Positions 1 to 8,493 of a stretch of 64,000 nucleotides of DNA are shown here, in pieces. The notes under the pieces are model-generated. The model did no database searches. It had not been told where the DNA came from and was given only the letters and a program-made list of their open reading frames with translations. The stretch is from an uncultured Candidatus Micrarchaeota archaeon (lineage in GTDB: Archaea; Micrarchaeota; Micrarchaeia; Anstonellales; Bilamarchaeaceae). The position numbers were made by a program, and so were the translations under genes. The stretch covers positions 1,088,001-1,152,000 of the forward strand of contig OY970229.1 of NCBI GenBank assembly GCA_963714085.1, read 5' to 3'. Each line of letters opens with the position of its first letter. Position 1 is the stretch's first letter.

Positions 1-195
1 CAAGGATTTCATCCGGGCCACGTCGGAGGGCAAAAAGCATTTCAGGCTCGGTTCGCATGCGAATTCGTAGTCCCTTGCAACGCGTGGTACTAGCTCCACC
101 AACGGTCTTGGAACCACTAACTTTGATGCAGAATCCGAAGTGGTCGCACTCCGTCTTGAAGCTTTTCCGGCATTGTATCCTATCAATCCAGGCAT
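1..195 (-). CDS. hypothetical protein, N-terminal part (runs off window start)
   Basis: Hand-read open frame from ATG at 195 (MPGLIGYNAGKASRR...) with no stop to the window edge; AT-rich TATA-like tract at ~219-230 shared with the divergent gene. Confidence 0.35.
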   Translation of the reverse strand, partial: MPGLIGYNAGKASRRSATTSDSASKLVVPRPLVELVPRVARDYEFACEPSLKCFLPSDVARMKSL

Positions 196-277
196 GATTC
201 CATTGCGCCGGACTCGCTATTTAAATATTTCGTAACTTGTGTTACATTTATATTATAATATGTTCCAAATGTAACAC

Positions 278-886
278 ATGGAGGAGAACATATCCGAGCT
301 GGTGTGGCTCTACGTCAAGAAACGCCCATTCCTCAAGGAGATGCTGCGCGAGCGCATAGCAAATTATTCCTCCCTCGCGAGGAAGATATCCAAGGAGGCC
401 TTCGGCAACGAGCGGCGCTCGAACGCCGTGAAGATGGCCCTGGTGCGCATGGTGGGCAGGATACGGGAGAGGGAGGAGGACCTGGAAGGGAGGATACTCT
501 CGGTCCTGCGCCGCAGCTCGCTCTCCATAAAGAGCAAGGTCGCGGTGATAATATGCTCCCGCGAGCTGGAGAAGGTCAAATACCTCTCGTACGCGGAGAG
601 CGGGGGCATCATAATCTATGTGACCACCCTGCAGGAGGCGGAGAAGGCGAGGCGTTCCAAGTCCGTGGTGCGCATCGAGACCAACCTCAACCTGATGACG
701 GTCCACAGCCCGCCATCGCTTGAGGACACCCCGGGCGTGATAGCCCATGTCCTCGATTCCCTGGCCGAGGAGGGCATAAACGTCATTGAATTCGTCTCGT
801 GCTACACCGACACGCTGCTGGTCGTCAAGGAGGCCGACACCGCGAGGGCGTACGAGATCCTGAGCAGCTTGACGGCTGATAAGTAG
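278..886 (+). CDS. ACT domain-containing protein (archaeal type, N-terminal helical domain)
   Basis: N-terminal NYSSLAR motif and C-terminal ACT-like TPGVIAHVLDSLAEEGINVIEFVSCYTDTLLVV. Confidence 0.8.
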   Translation: MEENISELVWLYVKKRPFLKEMLRERIANYSSLARKISKEAFGNERRSNAVKMALVRMVGRIREREEDLEGRILSVLRRSSLSIKSKVAVIICSRELEKVKYLSYAESGGIIIYVTTLQEAEKARRSKSVVRIETNLNLMTVHSPPSLEDTPGVIAHVLDSLAEEGINVIEFVSCYTDTLLVVKEADTARAYEILSSLTADK

Positions 887-2023
887 CTAATCCGGCAATG
901 CCTCGGCGCCGACCACCGTCGCTCGTAACGCATTCCTGCGGATTTTCGGTGCGATGTAAACTTCGGAAGCACTACGGACGCCCGTTGCCCCGGAGTTCAA
1001 AGCTCCGGGTTTCGGGCAGGGGGAAGCGGTCTGGATCGGAGCCGGTGCGCTTTGCGTGGCATCCCAGGATTCAACAAACACCGCGCCCGCCGCAAAGGTG
1101 TCCATCTTCGCAGCCGGAACCATCGGTTGCGATACCGCTGGCCTGGGAGCACGGACCATGATGCCACGCAACGGGGAAACGTAAACCGGAACAGGCGCGT
1201 AATCGGCTTCCTGCACCGGCACGGCCGGGGCATCCGCTCCGCGGGCCGCAGGCGCGCTGTACACTTCCAAGGGACGTCCGGTCGCCCCGTAGACGCGGAT
1301 CTCCGGGATGATGCTCTGCGCGGTCCTTTCCGGGCTGTGCCGCGTGGCGCTCACCCTGCATTCCGGTTTCTGCGGGCATTCAACGCGCTCAGAGGAGCGT
1401 TCCGGTTGCGGTACAATGACCGAAACAGGTTCCGAGCGCTCCATCCTGTGCCCGTGCAACTGGCTCGGATCCGGTGAGCGCTCCGTCCGCTCCGCCACCG
1501 CTTCGCTCGTATGCGCTGGAAGCGGCTCCCCGCGCGCTTCGCATATGATAATGTGCGCCAAAGGCAGCGGCTCCCTTGGGTCTTCTGCTGCCATGCTCTC
1601 GTGTACAAAGTGGCGGATTTCATGCCCCGCACCTTCCGTTCTCCAGTCCGTGGGTTCGGATGCGGCATGTTCGCGGGGCGTTTCCTGCTGGCAGCTCCAA
1701 TGGGATTCCTGGGCCACGTGCGCCGTACTGGCGAATTCCGCGGCATGCGGACGCTCGGCCGCGTTCTCCTCGAGGACTGGTACGCGCCTCATCGCCTCAT
1801 GCGACGGCCGCGGGTCCGGATTCAGGACTGTCAGCCCGTATTTATTGTAATAGCCGCGGGTGCCGACCACCGCCCGGTAGGCGCCATAGGATTTGTGCGG
1901 CGTCCTGCAATAATATCTCCTGTGGATTCCGGACTCCCATCTCTGGCTGCGAGTCCCGCGCCCCTTTCCCGCAGGCTGGCCCGGGCTACGCTCTGGGGGA
2001 AGTTTGAATCTCTGAGCAGACAT
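887..2023 (-). CDS. hypothetical low-complexity protein (Pro/Glu/Arg/Ala-rich)
   Basis: Long ORF filling the gap; likely start MSAQRF at 2023 downstream of a TTTAAATA box; no recognisable domain. Confidence 0.45.
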   Translation of the reverse strand: MSAQRFKLPPERSPGQPAGKGRGTRSQRWESGIHRRYYCRTPHKSYGAYRAVVGTRGYYNKYGLTVLNPDPRPSHEAMRRVPVLEENAAERPHAAEFASTAHVAQESHWSCQQETPREHAASEPTDWRTEGAGHEIRHFVHESMAAEDPREPLPLAHIIICEARGEPLPAHTSEAVAERTERSPDPSQLHGHRMERSEPVSVIVPQPERSSERVECPQKPECRVSATRHSPERTAQSIIPEIRVYGATGRPLEVYSAPAARGADAPAVPVQEADYAPVPVYVSPLRGIMVRAPRPAVSQPMVPAAKMDTFAAGAVFVESWDATQSAPAPIQTASPCPKPGALNSGATGVRSASEVYIAPKIRRNALRATVVGAEALPD

Positions 2024-2136
2024 CGCTCTTCCGGGCTCTTCCCGTCCCTCTTTTTTCAGAGTGCTAAGATTGAAGCTTCTCACGATTGAGGCTGGGTGGA
2101 AAGGGTATTTAAAGATTTGTCCGGCTGCTGATTGTT

Positions 2137-3465
2137 CTACGTCTTTTGTCCCAATTCCTTTCCTGCGGCGAGCAGGAATTCGTTTATCTTGCCCGCCGGG
2201 ATGGAAGCGCCAGCGGCTATCCTGTGCCCGCCCCCCACGCCTCCCGAGGCTTCCACGCCGGCCCTCATGACCTGCGCGAGGTTCAATCCGGCGGCCATGA
2301 GCGCCCTTGGCGTGCGGGAGGAGACCTTTATGGTGTTGTTCTCGCCGTCCGAGATGCCGATTATCGGCTTCGTCCACGTGGCGCGGAGCACCATGCCGCA
2401 CACCGTGCCGATTATGGACTCCTCCACCTTCCCGCGCGCGTCCAGGAAATAGAACGGCCCGAGGTCCTGCACGTTGGCAGACGCGAAGCCTATGCCGTCC
2501 CTTATCATCTTCCTGTGGAACGCGAGCAGCATCCTCGCCTCCGCGTACGCGGACTCGTCGCCGAGGCAGACTTTCAGCCCTATGTCCGCCCTCTCGTGCC
2601 TTCCGCAGGCGTTCAGCAGCGTGGAGAACTCGTTCGCCTCGTAGGTCTCGTTCTTCGGCCGCTTCGGGAACACGTAGGACTCGCCTATCAGGTCGTTCGC
2701 CCTCTTCACCATGTTGCTTGCCACCAGGATGTTGGCGATCTCGGATATCAGCTTCCTCTTCTCCTCCTCGTTTAAGTCTGCATACACCCGCCAGCGCTCG
2801 CCGTCCTTGAGCTCTATCCCGAGGTTCGCGAGCAGCCCGGTCGCCCGCTCCTCGTTATAGGATATCATGGGTATGTACGGGTCGTCCGAATAGGCCAGGA
2901 ACTGGACGAGCGGCCTGCAGTAGCGTCCGTAGAATCGCAGGTCTATGTCCACCTTGATATCGTTGCTCCGCACTCCCTGTTCCACCACCCACCTGTTCAT
3001 GGATTTTAGCGGGGACTGGATGTCCCCGATCGCGCCCACGATGCCCAGGTCCACCCTGGAGCGGAAGACGCAATACGCCGCTCCCGCGGCGCTCAGCTCG
3101 TCCGAGCCCTCGATCCCGTGGAGCATGGGGTTTGCCTGCGGCTTCGTTATGCCGCTGGTCTGGTGATGGTCTATTATCAGCACGTCCTTGAGCTCGTTAA
3201 CCCTCGCGTTGCCCCCGCCCAGATCCGAGAAGATTATCTCCTGCTCCCCGATCAGCGCGTCGATGGCCGCGTCATCGAGCTTCCTGATGCACCTGCTCCT
3301 TGGATTCTTCCCAGCATCGCGCAGCGCCCCGACCACTATCGCCCCGGAGCTCACCCCGTCCGCGTCGTGGTGGTGGACCACGAGTGGATCCTTGAATGAG
3401 AGCGCTAACTTGCGCGCCTCTTCGCAGGAATCCAGGAACGCTAGCTGGTTGGTTTCCAAGTCCAT
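2137..3465 (-). CDS. recJ: RecJ-like DHH/DHHA1 phosphoesterase (archaeal RecJ/Cdc45 family)
   Basis: HHDADG, SDLG, IIDHH, GAIGD and C-terminal GGGHRIAAGA motifs. Confidence 0.88.
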   Translation of the reverse strand: MDLETNQLAFLDSCEEARKLALSFKDPLVVHHHDADGVSSGAIVVGALRDAGKNPRSRCIRKLDDAAIDALIGEQEIIFSDLGGGNARVNELKDVLIIDHHQTSGITKPQANPMLHGIEGSDELSAAGAAYCVFRSRVDLGIVGAIGDIQSPLKSMNRWVVEQGVRSNDIKVDIDLRFYGRYCRPLVQFLAYSDDPYIPMISYNEERATGLLANLGIELKDGERWRVYADLNEEEKRKLISEIANILVASNMVKRANDLIGESYVFPKRPKNETYEANEFSTLLNACGRHERADIGLKVCLGDESAYAEARMLLAFHRKMIRDGIGFASANVQDLGPFYFLDARGKVEESIIGTVCGMVLRATWTKPIIGISDGENNTIKVSSRTPRALMAAGLNLAQVMRAGVEASGGVGGGHRIAAGASIPAGKINEFLLAAGKELGQKT

Positions 3466-3520
3466 GATAAGAGTTCCGCTCGCCTAATTTTTTAAACCGT
3501 GCCCACCACCGTTACCTAAG

Positions 3521-4966
3521 GTGTTTCACTTGAACATAGAAAAGGCGAAAGATTTCTCAGAATGGTACAACACGATCACGAAAGAAGCTGAGCTCTGCGA
3601 CCTGCGCTACCCAGTGAAGGGGTTCGTGGTGTTCATGCCGTGGTCCGTGATGACCATGAAAAGGATGTACTTCATGTACGAGCAGGCCCTCGAGCGCAAC
3701 GGCCACGTGCCCGCATGGTTCCCCGCGCTTATCCCGGAGTCATTCTTGATGAAGGAGAAGGAGCACGTCGAAGGGTTCGCACCCGAAGTCTTCTGGGTGA
3801 CCAAAGCCGGTTTGAACGAAGTCGAGGAACGGCTGGCCATGAGACCGACCTCCGAAACCGCGTTCTACACCATGTATTCGCTCTGGGTCCACGGGCTCAA
3901 GGACCTCCCGCTGAAAGTGTACCAGTCCTGCCAGGTCTGGCGCTACGAGACCAAGGCCACGAAGCCGTTCATACGCTCCAGGGAGTTCCACTGGATAGAA
4001 GCCCATGATGTTTTTGCAACCGAGACCGAAGCAATGGCCCAGGTGCGGCAGGACATGGGGATGGCTGAAGAAGTGATCCATCAGAAGTTCGGGATCCCGT
4101 TCCTTTTCTTCAGGAGGCCGCAGTGGGACAAGTTCGCAGGGGCGGTGGACACTTTCGCAGCGGACACGCTGCTTCCGGACATGCGCACGCTCCAGCTTCC
4201 CTCAACCCACATGCTCGGCCAGAATTTCGCCAAATCGTTCAACGTGAAATACACGGACGAGAAGGGCGAGGAGAAGTTCTGCTGGCAGACCACCTACGGG
4301 CCGGCAATCTCGCGCATATACGCGGCGCTAATCGCCACGCACGGTGACGAGCGGGGGCTCGTGCTTCCGTTCGACCTTGCGCCTGTCCAGGTCGTCATAG
4401 TGCCCATAGTGAAAGGTGAAAACAAGGGGAAAGTGCTAACGAAGTGCAAAGAAGTGGAGAGGCAGCTCTCATCTTTCCGCGTGAAGCTCGACGATTCCGA
4501 GAACACCCCGGGCTTCAAGTACAACCAGTGGGAGATGAAGGGCGTGCCGGTGCGCATAGAAATCGGCGAGCGCGACATCGACTCTGGAAGTGCAATGGTC
4601 GTGCGGCGCGACACGAAGGAGAAACTGAAAATCAACTTCGGAGAGCTCGAAAAGGAGATCTCAAAAATATCCGTAAGTATGCTCGCGAACCTCGTTTCGA
4701 AAGCGGACGCATGGTTCAAGGGGCAGCTCGGCGCGGCGGAGTCCATGGACGCGCTCGCGGCAGAGCTGGAGAAGCACGGCTTCGTGCGCGTGCCCTTCTG
4801 CACGGACCAAATGGAGGGCGAGAAATGCGCTGATGCGGTCAAGGAGAAGACCCACGCGAACATGCGCGGCTCGCTGTTCGATTCGAAGGAGGTTCCGAAA
4901 GGCGCCAACTGCATCGCGTGCGGCAAGAAGGCGACGGTATACCTCTATGGGGCTAGGCAATACTGA
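3521..4966 (+). CDS. proS: proline--tRNA ligase (archaeal/eukaryotic type)
   Basis: RPTSET, WRYETK.TKPFIRSREF, GFKYNQWEMKGVPVRIEIG, C-terminal Zn domain ending ARQY. Confidence 0.97.
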   Translation: MFHLNIEKAKDFSEWYNTITKEAELCDLRYPVKGFVVFMPWSVMTMKRMYFMYEQALERNGHVPAWFPALIPESFLMKEKEHVEGFAPEVFWVTKAGLNEVEERLAMRPTSETAFYTMYSLWVHGLKDLPLKVYQSCQVWRYETKATKPFIRSREFHWIEAHDVFATETEAMAQVRQDMGMAEEVIHQKFGIPFLFFRRPQWDKFAGAVDTFAADTLLPDMRTLQLPSTHMLGQNFAKSFNVKYTDEKGEEKFCWQTTYGPAISRIYAALIATHGDERGLVLPFDLAPVQVVIVPIVKGENKGKVLTKCKEVERQLSSFRVKLDDSENTPGFKYNQWEMKGVPVRIEIGERDIDSGSAMVVRRDTKEKLKINFGELEKEISKISVSMLANLVSKADAWFKGQLGAAESMDALAAELEKHGFVRVPFCTDQMEGEKCADAVKEKTHANMRGSLFDSKEVPKGANCIACGKKATVYLYGARQY

Positions 4967-4976
4967 ACGAAGTAGA

Positions 4977-5049
4977 TAGCCCCGGGCAGATTCGAACTGC
5001 CGTCAATGGGTCCAAAGCCCACTATCCTTGACCGCTAGACGACGGGGCT
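4977..5049 (-). tRNA. tRNA-Gln(TTG)
   Basis: Reverse complement folds to a cloverleaf: AGCCCCG acceptor, anticodon loop CT-TTG-GA, GGCAG-TTCGAAT-CTGCC T arm; CCA not encoded. Confidence 0.95.
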
Positions 5050-5128
5050 GTGATTGGTATAGTGCTTCTGATAGCAATTATAACCTTTTCGTAGGATTAT
5101 CAAAACTCGCAACACGGAACGCGTTCTC

Positions 5129-5201
5129 GGGCCCGTAGTCGAATGGCTAAGACGCTACTCTCACACAGTAGAGATTGCCGGTTCGATCCCGGCCGGGCCC
5201 A
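5129..5201 (+). tRNA. tRNA-Val(CAC)
   Basis: GGGCCCG/CGGGCCC acceptor, CTACT-CT-CAC-AC-AGTAG anticodon arm, GCCGG-TTCGATC-CCGGC T arm. Confidence 0.93.
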
Positions 5202-5202
5202 T

Positions 5203-5748
5203 TCATTCTTCTGGCTTCGGATTTTGAGAATCCGAGCCCCGGAGCCGCTCCAGTATCCTGGCCCCCATCTTGAGCATCTGTGGATCGTCGTCCGGAGCCC
5301 AGCGGTAAAAATAGTTGACAGCGCCCGAATCCGCCAGGTCCGCGAATTTTCGATACGTTTCAGGGTCATAGACACAGAGTATGACCGCGGAATCCGGATT
5401 GCCTTTCCTGAAAGACCATATCGCGGTTCTGAGCGCATCTATCCTATCCGGGAATACGCTGGAGCTGCGCAGGATGAGCATGTCCGCCCTTAACCCTTTT
5501 GCTGCGAAGAATTCAGAATATCTCATAACCCTGCTGCTTCCCATGGCCCCGGTATGAGAGCGTATGATAGCGCCTAAGCCCAACGTTTCCACCTCATGGT
5601 CGCTGTCATCTACTGCGAAAATAATCGTCTTGCCTCTGAGTCCATCGATGATGTGCCGATCGCCTTTCATCAATCCGCCGAACTCCGGATATGCATCTGG
5701 GCGCACGGCGGGCTGCTGATGGCCTGGAGTCGCTTTACGGACAGCCAT
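5203..5748 (-). CDS. hypothetical protein, possible degenerate receiver (CheY-like) domain
   Basis: IIFAVDD ... DMLIL ... GNPDSAVIL ... SGAVNYF pattern resembles the receiver beta1/beta3/beta4/beta5 strands. Confidence 0.5.
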   Translation of the reverse strand: MAVRKATPGHQQPAVRPDAYPEFGGLMKGDRHIIDGLRGKTIIFAVDDSDHEVETLGLGAIIRSHTGAMGSSRVMRYSEFFAAKGLRADMLILRSSSVFPDRIDALRTAIWSFRKGNPDSAVILCVYDPETYRKFADLADSGAVNYFYRWAPDDDPQMLKMGARILERLRGSDSQNPKPEE

Positions 5749-5807
5749 ATCATGGGTGTATGGGAAGAAATGTTTAAATACGAGATTATCCAAGTGGCAG
5801 TTTTATA

Positions 5808-6443
5808 ATGAGCTTCTCTCAAATCAGAATCAATCGCGAAAGGGCTGATGACTTGCAGAAACGACTGAAAGACCTTTACCTGGAACTGCTGGCTGCGTAC
5901 GGGCACCAGGGATGGTGGCCGGCCGGCTCGCCCTACGAAGTGATGGTCGGAGCGGTGCTCACGCAGAACACGAACTGGAGGAACGTCGAGAAGGCGGTCG
6001 CGAACCTGAAAGCCGCGGACTGCCTCTCGCCGTCCGCGATGCTCGCCACGCGTAAAGCGAGGCTCGAGGCGCTCATCCGGCCGAGCGGCTTCTACAGGCA
6101 GAAGGCCGAACGGTTGAAACGCGCCACTGAGACGTGGACGGAGATTAACCGGCGCAAGTCGAGACTCGACACCATTGCGCTCCGCAGCAGGTGGCTGTCG
6201 GTGAAAGGGGTAGGGAAAGAGACCGCTGATTCCATCCTCCTCTATGCTTACGGGCGCCCGGTGTTCGTGGTGGACGCCTACACGCGGCTTTTCTGCAGCC
6301 ATCACGACCTGTTCGAGGCAAAGGAATACGACGAATACAGGCATTTCTTCGAGTCGAACATCCCAGGTTCCGTTCCGCTGTTCAAGGAGTACCACGCACT
6401 GATAGTGCAGTGGGCGAAACAGAACAAGAGAAAAAAGTCCTGA
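5808..6443 (+). CDS. endonuclease III-related HhH-GPD DNA glycosylase
   Basis: WWP..SPYEVMVGAVLTQNTNW, IRPSGFYRQKA, KGVGKETADSILLYA, VVDAY motifs. Confidence 0.9.
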   Translation: MSFSQIRINRERADDLQKRLKDLYLELLAAYGHQGWWPAGSPYEVMVGAVLTQNTNWRNVEKAVANLKAADCLSPSAMLATRKARLEALIRPSGFYRQKAERLKRATETWTEINRRKSRLDTIALRSRWLSVKGVGKETADSILLYAYGRPVFVVDAYTRLFCSHHDLFEAKEYDEYRHFFESNIPGSVPLFKEYHALIVQWAKQNKRKKS

Positions 6444-6449
6444 AACCGC

Positions 6450-7256
6450 TCAGAACCCTATGTGCTCGCGCACCCACTCGCGCAGCGCATCCTTCTTCCT
6501 CTCCTCCTCCTTCTCCTCTTTCTTTTCCTCTTCGCTATTATCGACTATCTCGATTTCCTCCTCTTTCTTCTCCTCATGCTTCGTTTCAGTCTTCTTATGG
6601 TGCGCGAGGATGTCTTCGGCCATCTTCTCGATGTCCTCTTTCTTCCGGCTTCTCTTCGCCTTCTTCGGAGCTGGCTTCTCTGCAGTTTTCTTCGGCTTTT
6701 CCTTCACGACCTTCTTGGCCGGCTTCGTCCGGGCTCTCCGCTTCCTCGCGTAGCCCATGACCTTGCCCAGGAGATTCAGGTAGAGCTCGCCCCTGTTGGA
6801 CGGCGTGAGCATCTGCACCTCGCCCCACGCCCCGTAGTCCTCGATGTAATCCCGATGCAGCGAGGCCACCAGCGGCGTGTCGCTTTCGAGCAGGTCGCCG
6901 AGGAGCTCGCTGAACTTCGCGCTCTTCATCTCCATCCTGCCGATCTCGTCTATGACGATGACGTCGTATCTGGATGCCTTTTGAAGTATGGGCAGCGCCA
7001 CGCTCTCGAACGCGCGGACGTCCACGTGGTATTTCGCGACCTTCGGGCCGTCGATGTCCGTCGCCGCGAACGTCTCGCGGGTGCCGGTCTCCACGTCCTC
7101 GACCGCGAACCCGGTCCGCGCGCCGTGGGCCTTCGCATCCGGGGTTATGAAGCCGCCGACCCTCAGCCCCTGCGCTTTCATCTTCTCCACCAGCTTGCGC
7201 AGCAGCGTCGTCTTGCCGGATTTCGGCATCCCGCTTATGAAGTAGTTGTTAGGCAT
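6450..7256 (-). CDS. nucleoside-triphosphatase, THEP1 family, with Lys/Glu-rich tail
   Basis: Walker A GMPKSGKT, VGGFIT, IVIDEIGRME motifs. Confidence 0.9.
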   Translation of the reverse strand: MPNNYFISGMPKSGKTTLLRKLVEKMKAQGLRVGGFITPDAKAHGARTGFAVEDVETGTRETFAATDIDGPKVAKYHVDVRAFESVALPILQKASRYDVIVIDEIGRMEMKSAKFSELLGDLLESDTPLVASLHRDYIEDYGAWGEVQMLTPSNRGELYLNLLGKVMGYARKRRARTKPAKKVVKEKPKKTAEKPAPKKAKRSRKKEDIEKMAEDILAHHKKTETKHEEKKEEEIEIVDNSEEEKKEEKEEERKKDALREWVREHIGF

Positions 7257-7324
7257 ATCATCCAACCTCCCGTTTTTCTCTGGAAGCCAAAGTATAAAAA
7301 TGCTGGCTCGGCTAAATCGCATTC

Positions 7325-8197
7325 ATGCTCGAGGTGACATTCATAGGGACATCAGGCTCCATCCCCACTAGGGAGCGGGGCATGCCGGCGCTCGCGATAA
7401 AATACGAGTCCGAGCTCCTGCTCTTCGACTGCGGCGAAGGCACCCAGAGGCAGATGATGGCCTACAAGACCGGGTTCGGCTCCATCAGCGCCATATTCAT
7501 CTCCCACCCGCACCTCGACCACTATCTCGGGCTGTTCGGGCTTCTCGAGACGCTGAAGATGTCGTCGGCAGCGCCGAAGAAGCTCAAGGCGTTCCTACCG
7601 CCGGGGATTGTGGAGGCGTTCGCCGGCCGCTATCCGTTCTTGGAGGCGGTGAAGATAAAGAAAGGCAGGCTCTACCAGGGCAGGGGGTTCTCGGTGTCCG
7701 CGTTCCCTGTGGAGCACTGCAAGGGCTCGTTCGGCTTCGTGTTCGAGGAGGAGCCCAGGCTCAAGTTCCATGAGCAGAAGGCGAAGTCGCTCGGCTTGAA
7801 AGGGAGGATGTTCACCGAGATCCAGGACAAGGGCGCGCTCACGGTGCTGGGGAAGAAGATCTCGCTGGCAGACGTCACCTGGAGCAACCCCGGAAGGAAG
7901 ATAGTCTATTCTGGAGACACCGCGTTCTCGGAAGCAGTGGTGGAGGCGGCCAAAGGCGCGGACCTCCTGGTCCACGAGGGCACGTTCGACGCCTCGAGGA
8001 AAGCGGAGGCGCAGGAGCGGAAGCATTCCACGGTTGAGGACGCAGCCAGGGCCGCCAAGCAGGCCGGCGCCAAGAGGCTGGTAATAATACATATAAGCCC
8101 CAGGTACTCGGATGTCATCAAATCGCTTCTCGAAGCTTCGACGAAGATTTTCAAGAATACGACAATCGCAGACGACGGCATGAAACTCCGGCTCTGA
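7325..8197 (+). CDS. rnz: ribonuclease Z
   Basis: FIGTSGSIPT, DCGEGTQ, SHPHLDH, exosite arm, YSGDT, HEGTF, HST, HISPRY. Confidence 0.93.
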   Translation: MLEVTFIGTSGSIPTRERGMPALAIKYESELLLFDCGEGTQRQMMAYKTGFGSISAIFISHPHLDHYLGLFGLLETLKMSSAAPKKLKAFLPPGIVEAFAGRYPFLEAVKIKKGRLYQGRGFSVSAFPVEHCKGSFGFVFEEEPRLKFHEQKAKSLGLKGRMFTEIQDKGALTVLGKKISLADVTWSNPGRKIVYSGDTAFSEAVVEAAKGADLLVHEGTFDASRKAEAQERKHSTVEDAARAAKQAGAKRLVIIHISPRYSDVIKSLLEASTKIFKNTTIADDGMKLRL

Positions 8198-8304
8198 ACG
8201 TGGTAAAAATGACTGGGAACGTCTGGAATACGTTTATCTACGTACCATACATACGGCTTTTGTCTTGTTTGGATTTTCTATTTATAAATCGCAGTTTAGG
8301 TGAA

Positions 8305-8321
8305 TAGAAAATCTTTATAAA
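8305..8321 (+). promoter_or_regulatory. BRE/TATA-like promoter of the S-layer gene
   Basis: Purine-rich tract followed by TTTATAAA at 8314-8321, about 170 nt upstream of the ATG. Confidence 0.6.
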
Positions 8322-8348
8322 GGTTTTGTAAGTCATCATCTCAGTCCA

Positions 8349-8489
8349 CTGGAGGGCTTACCTTAGCTCTTCAGCACCGGGGAAACCCGGATATTTTGGG
8401 CCGCACCCGTGAACGTGTCATGGGACAGGATCCCGCCGCTAACAATTGTTTTCTGCGGCTCATTTGGCGGGCAAGCAAAAACGAGGTGA
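8349..8489 (+). promoter_or_regulatory. structured 5' leader of the S-layer mRNA ending in a GAGGTGA Shine-Dalgarno
   Basis: Several hand-verified stems, including CCGGG-GAAA-CCCGG; SD at 8483-8489. Confidence 0.55.
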
Positions 8490-8493
8490 AGAA

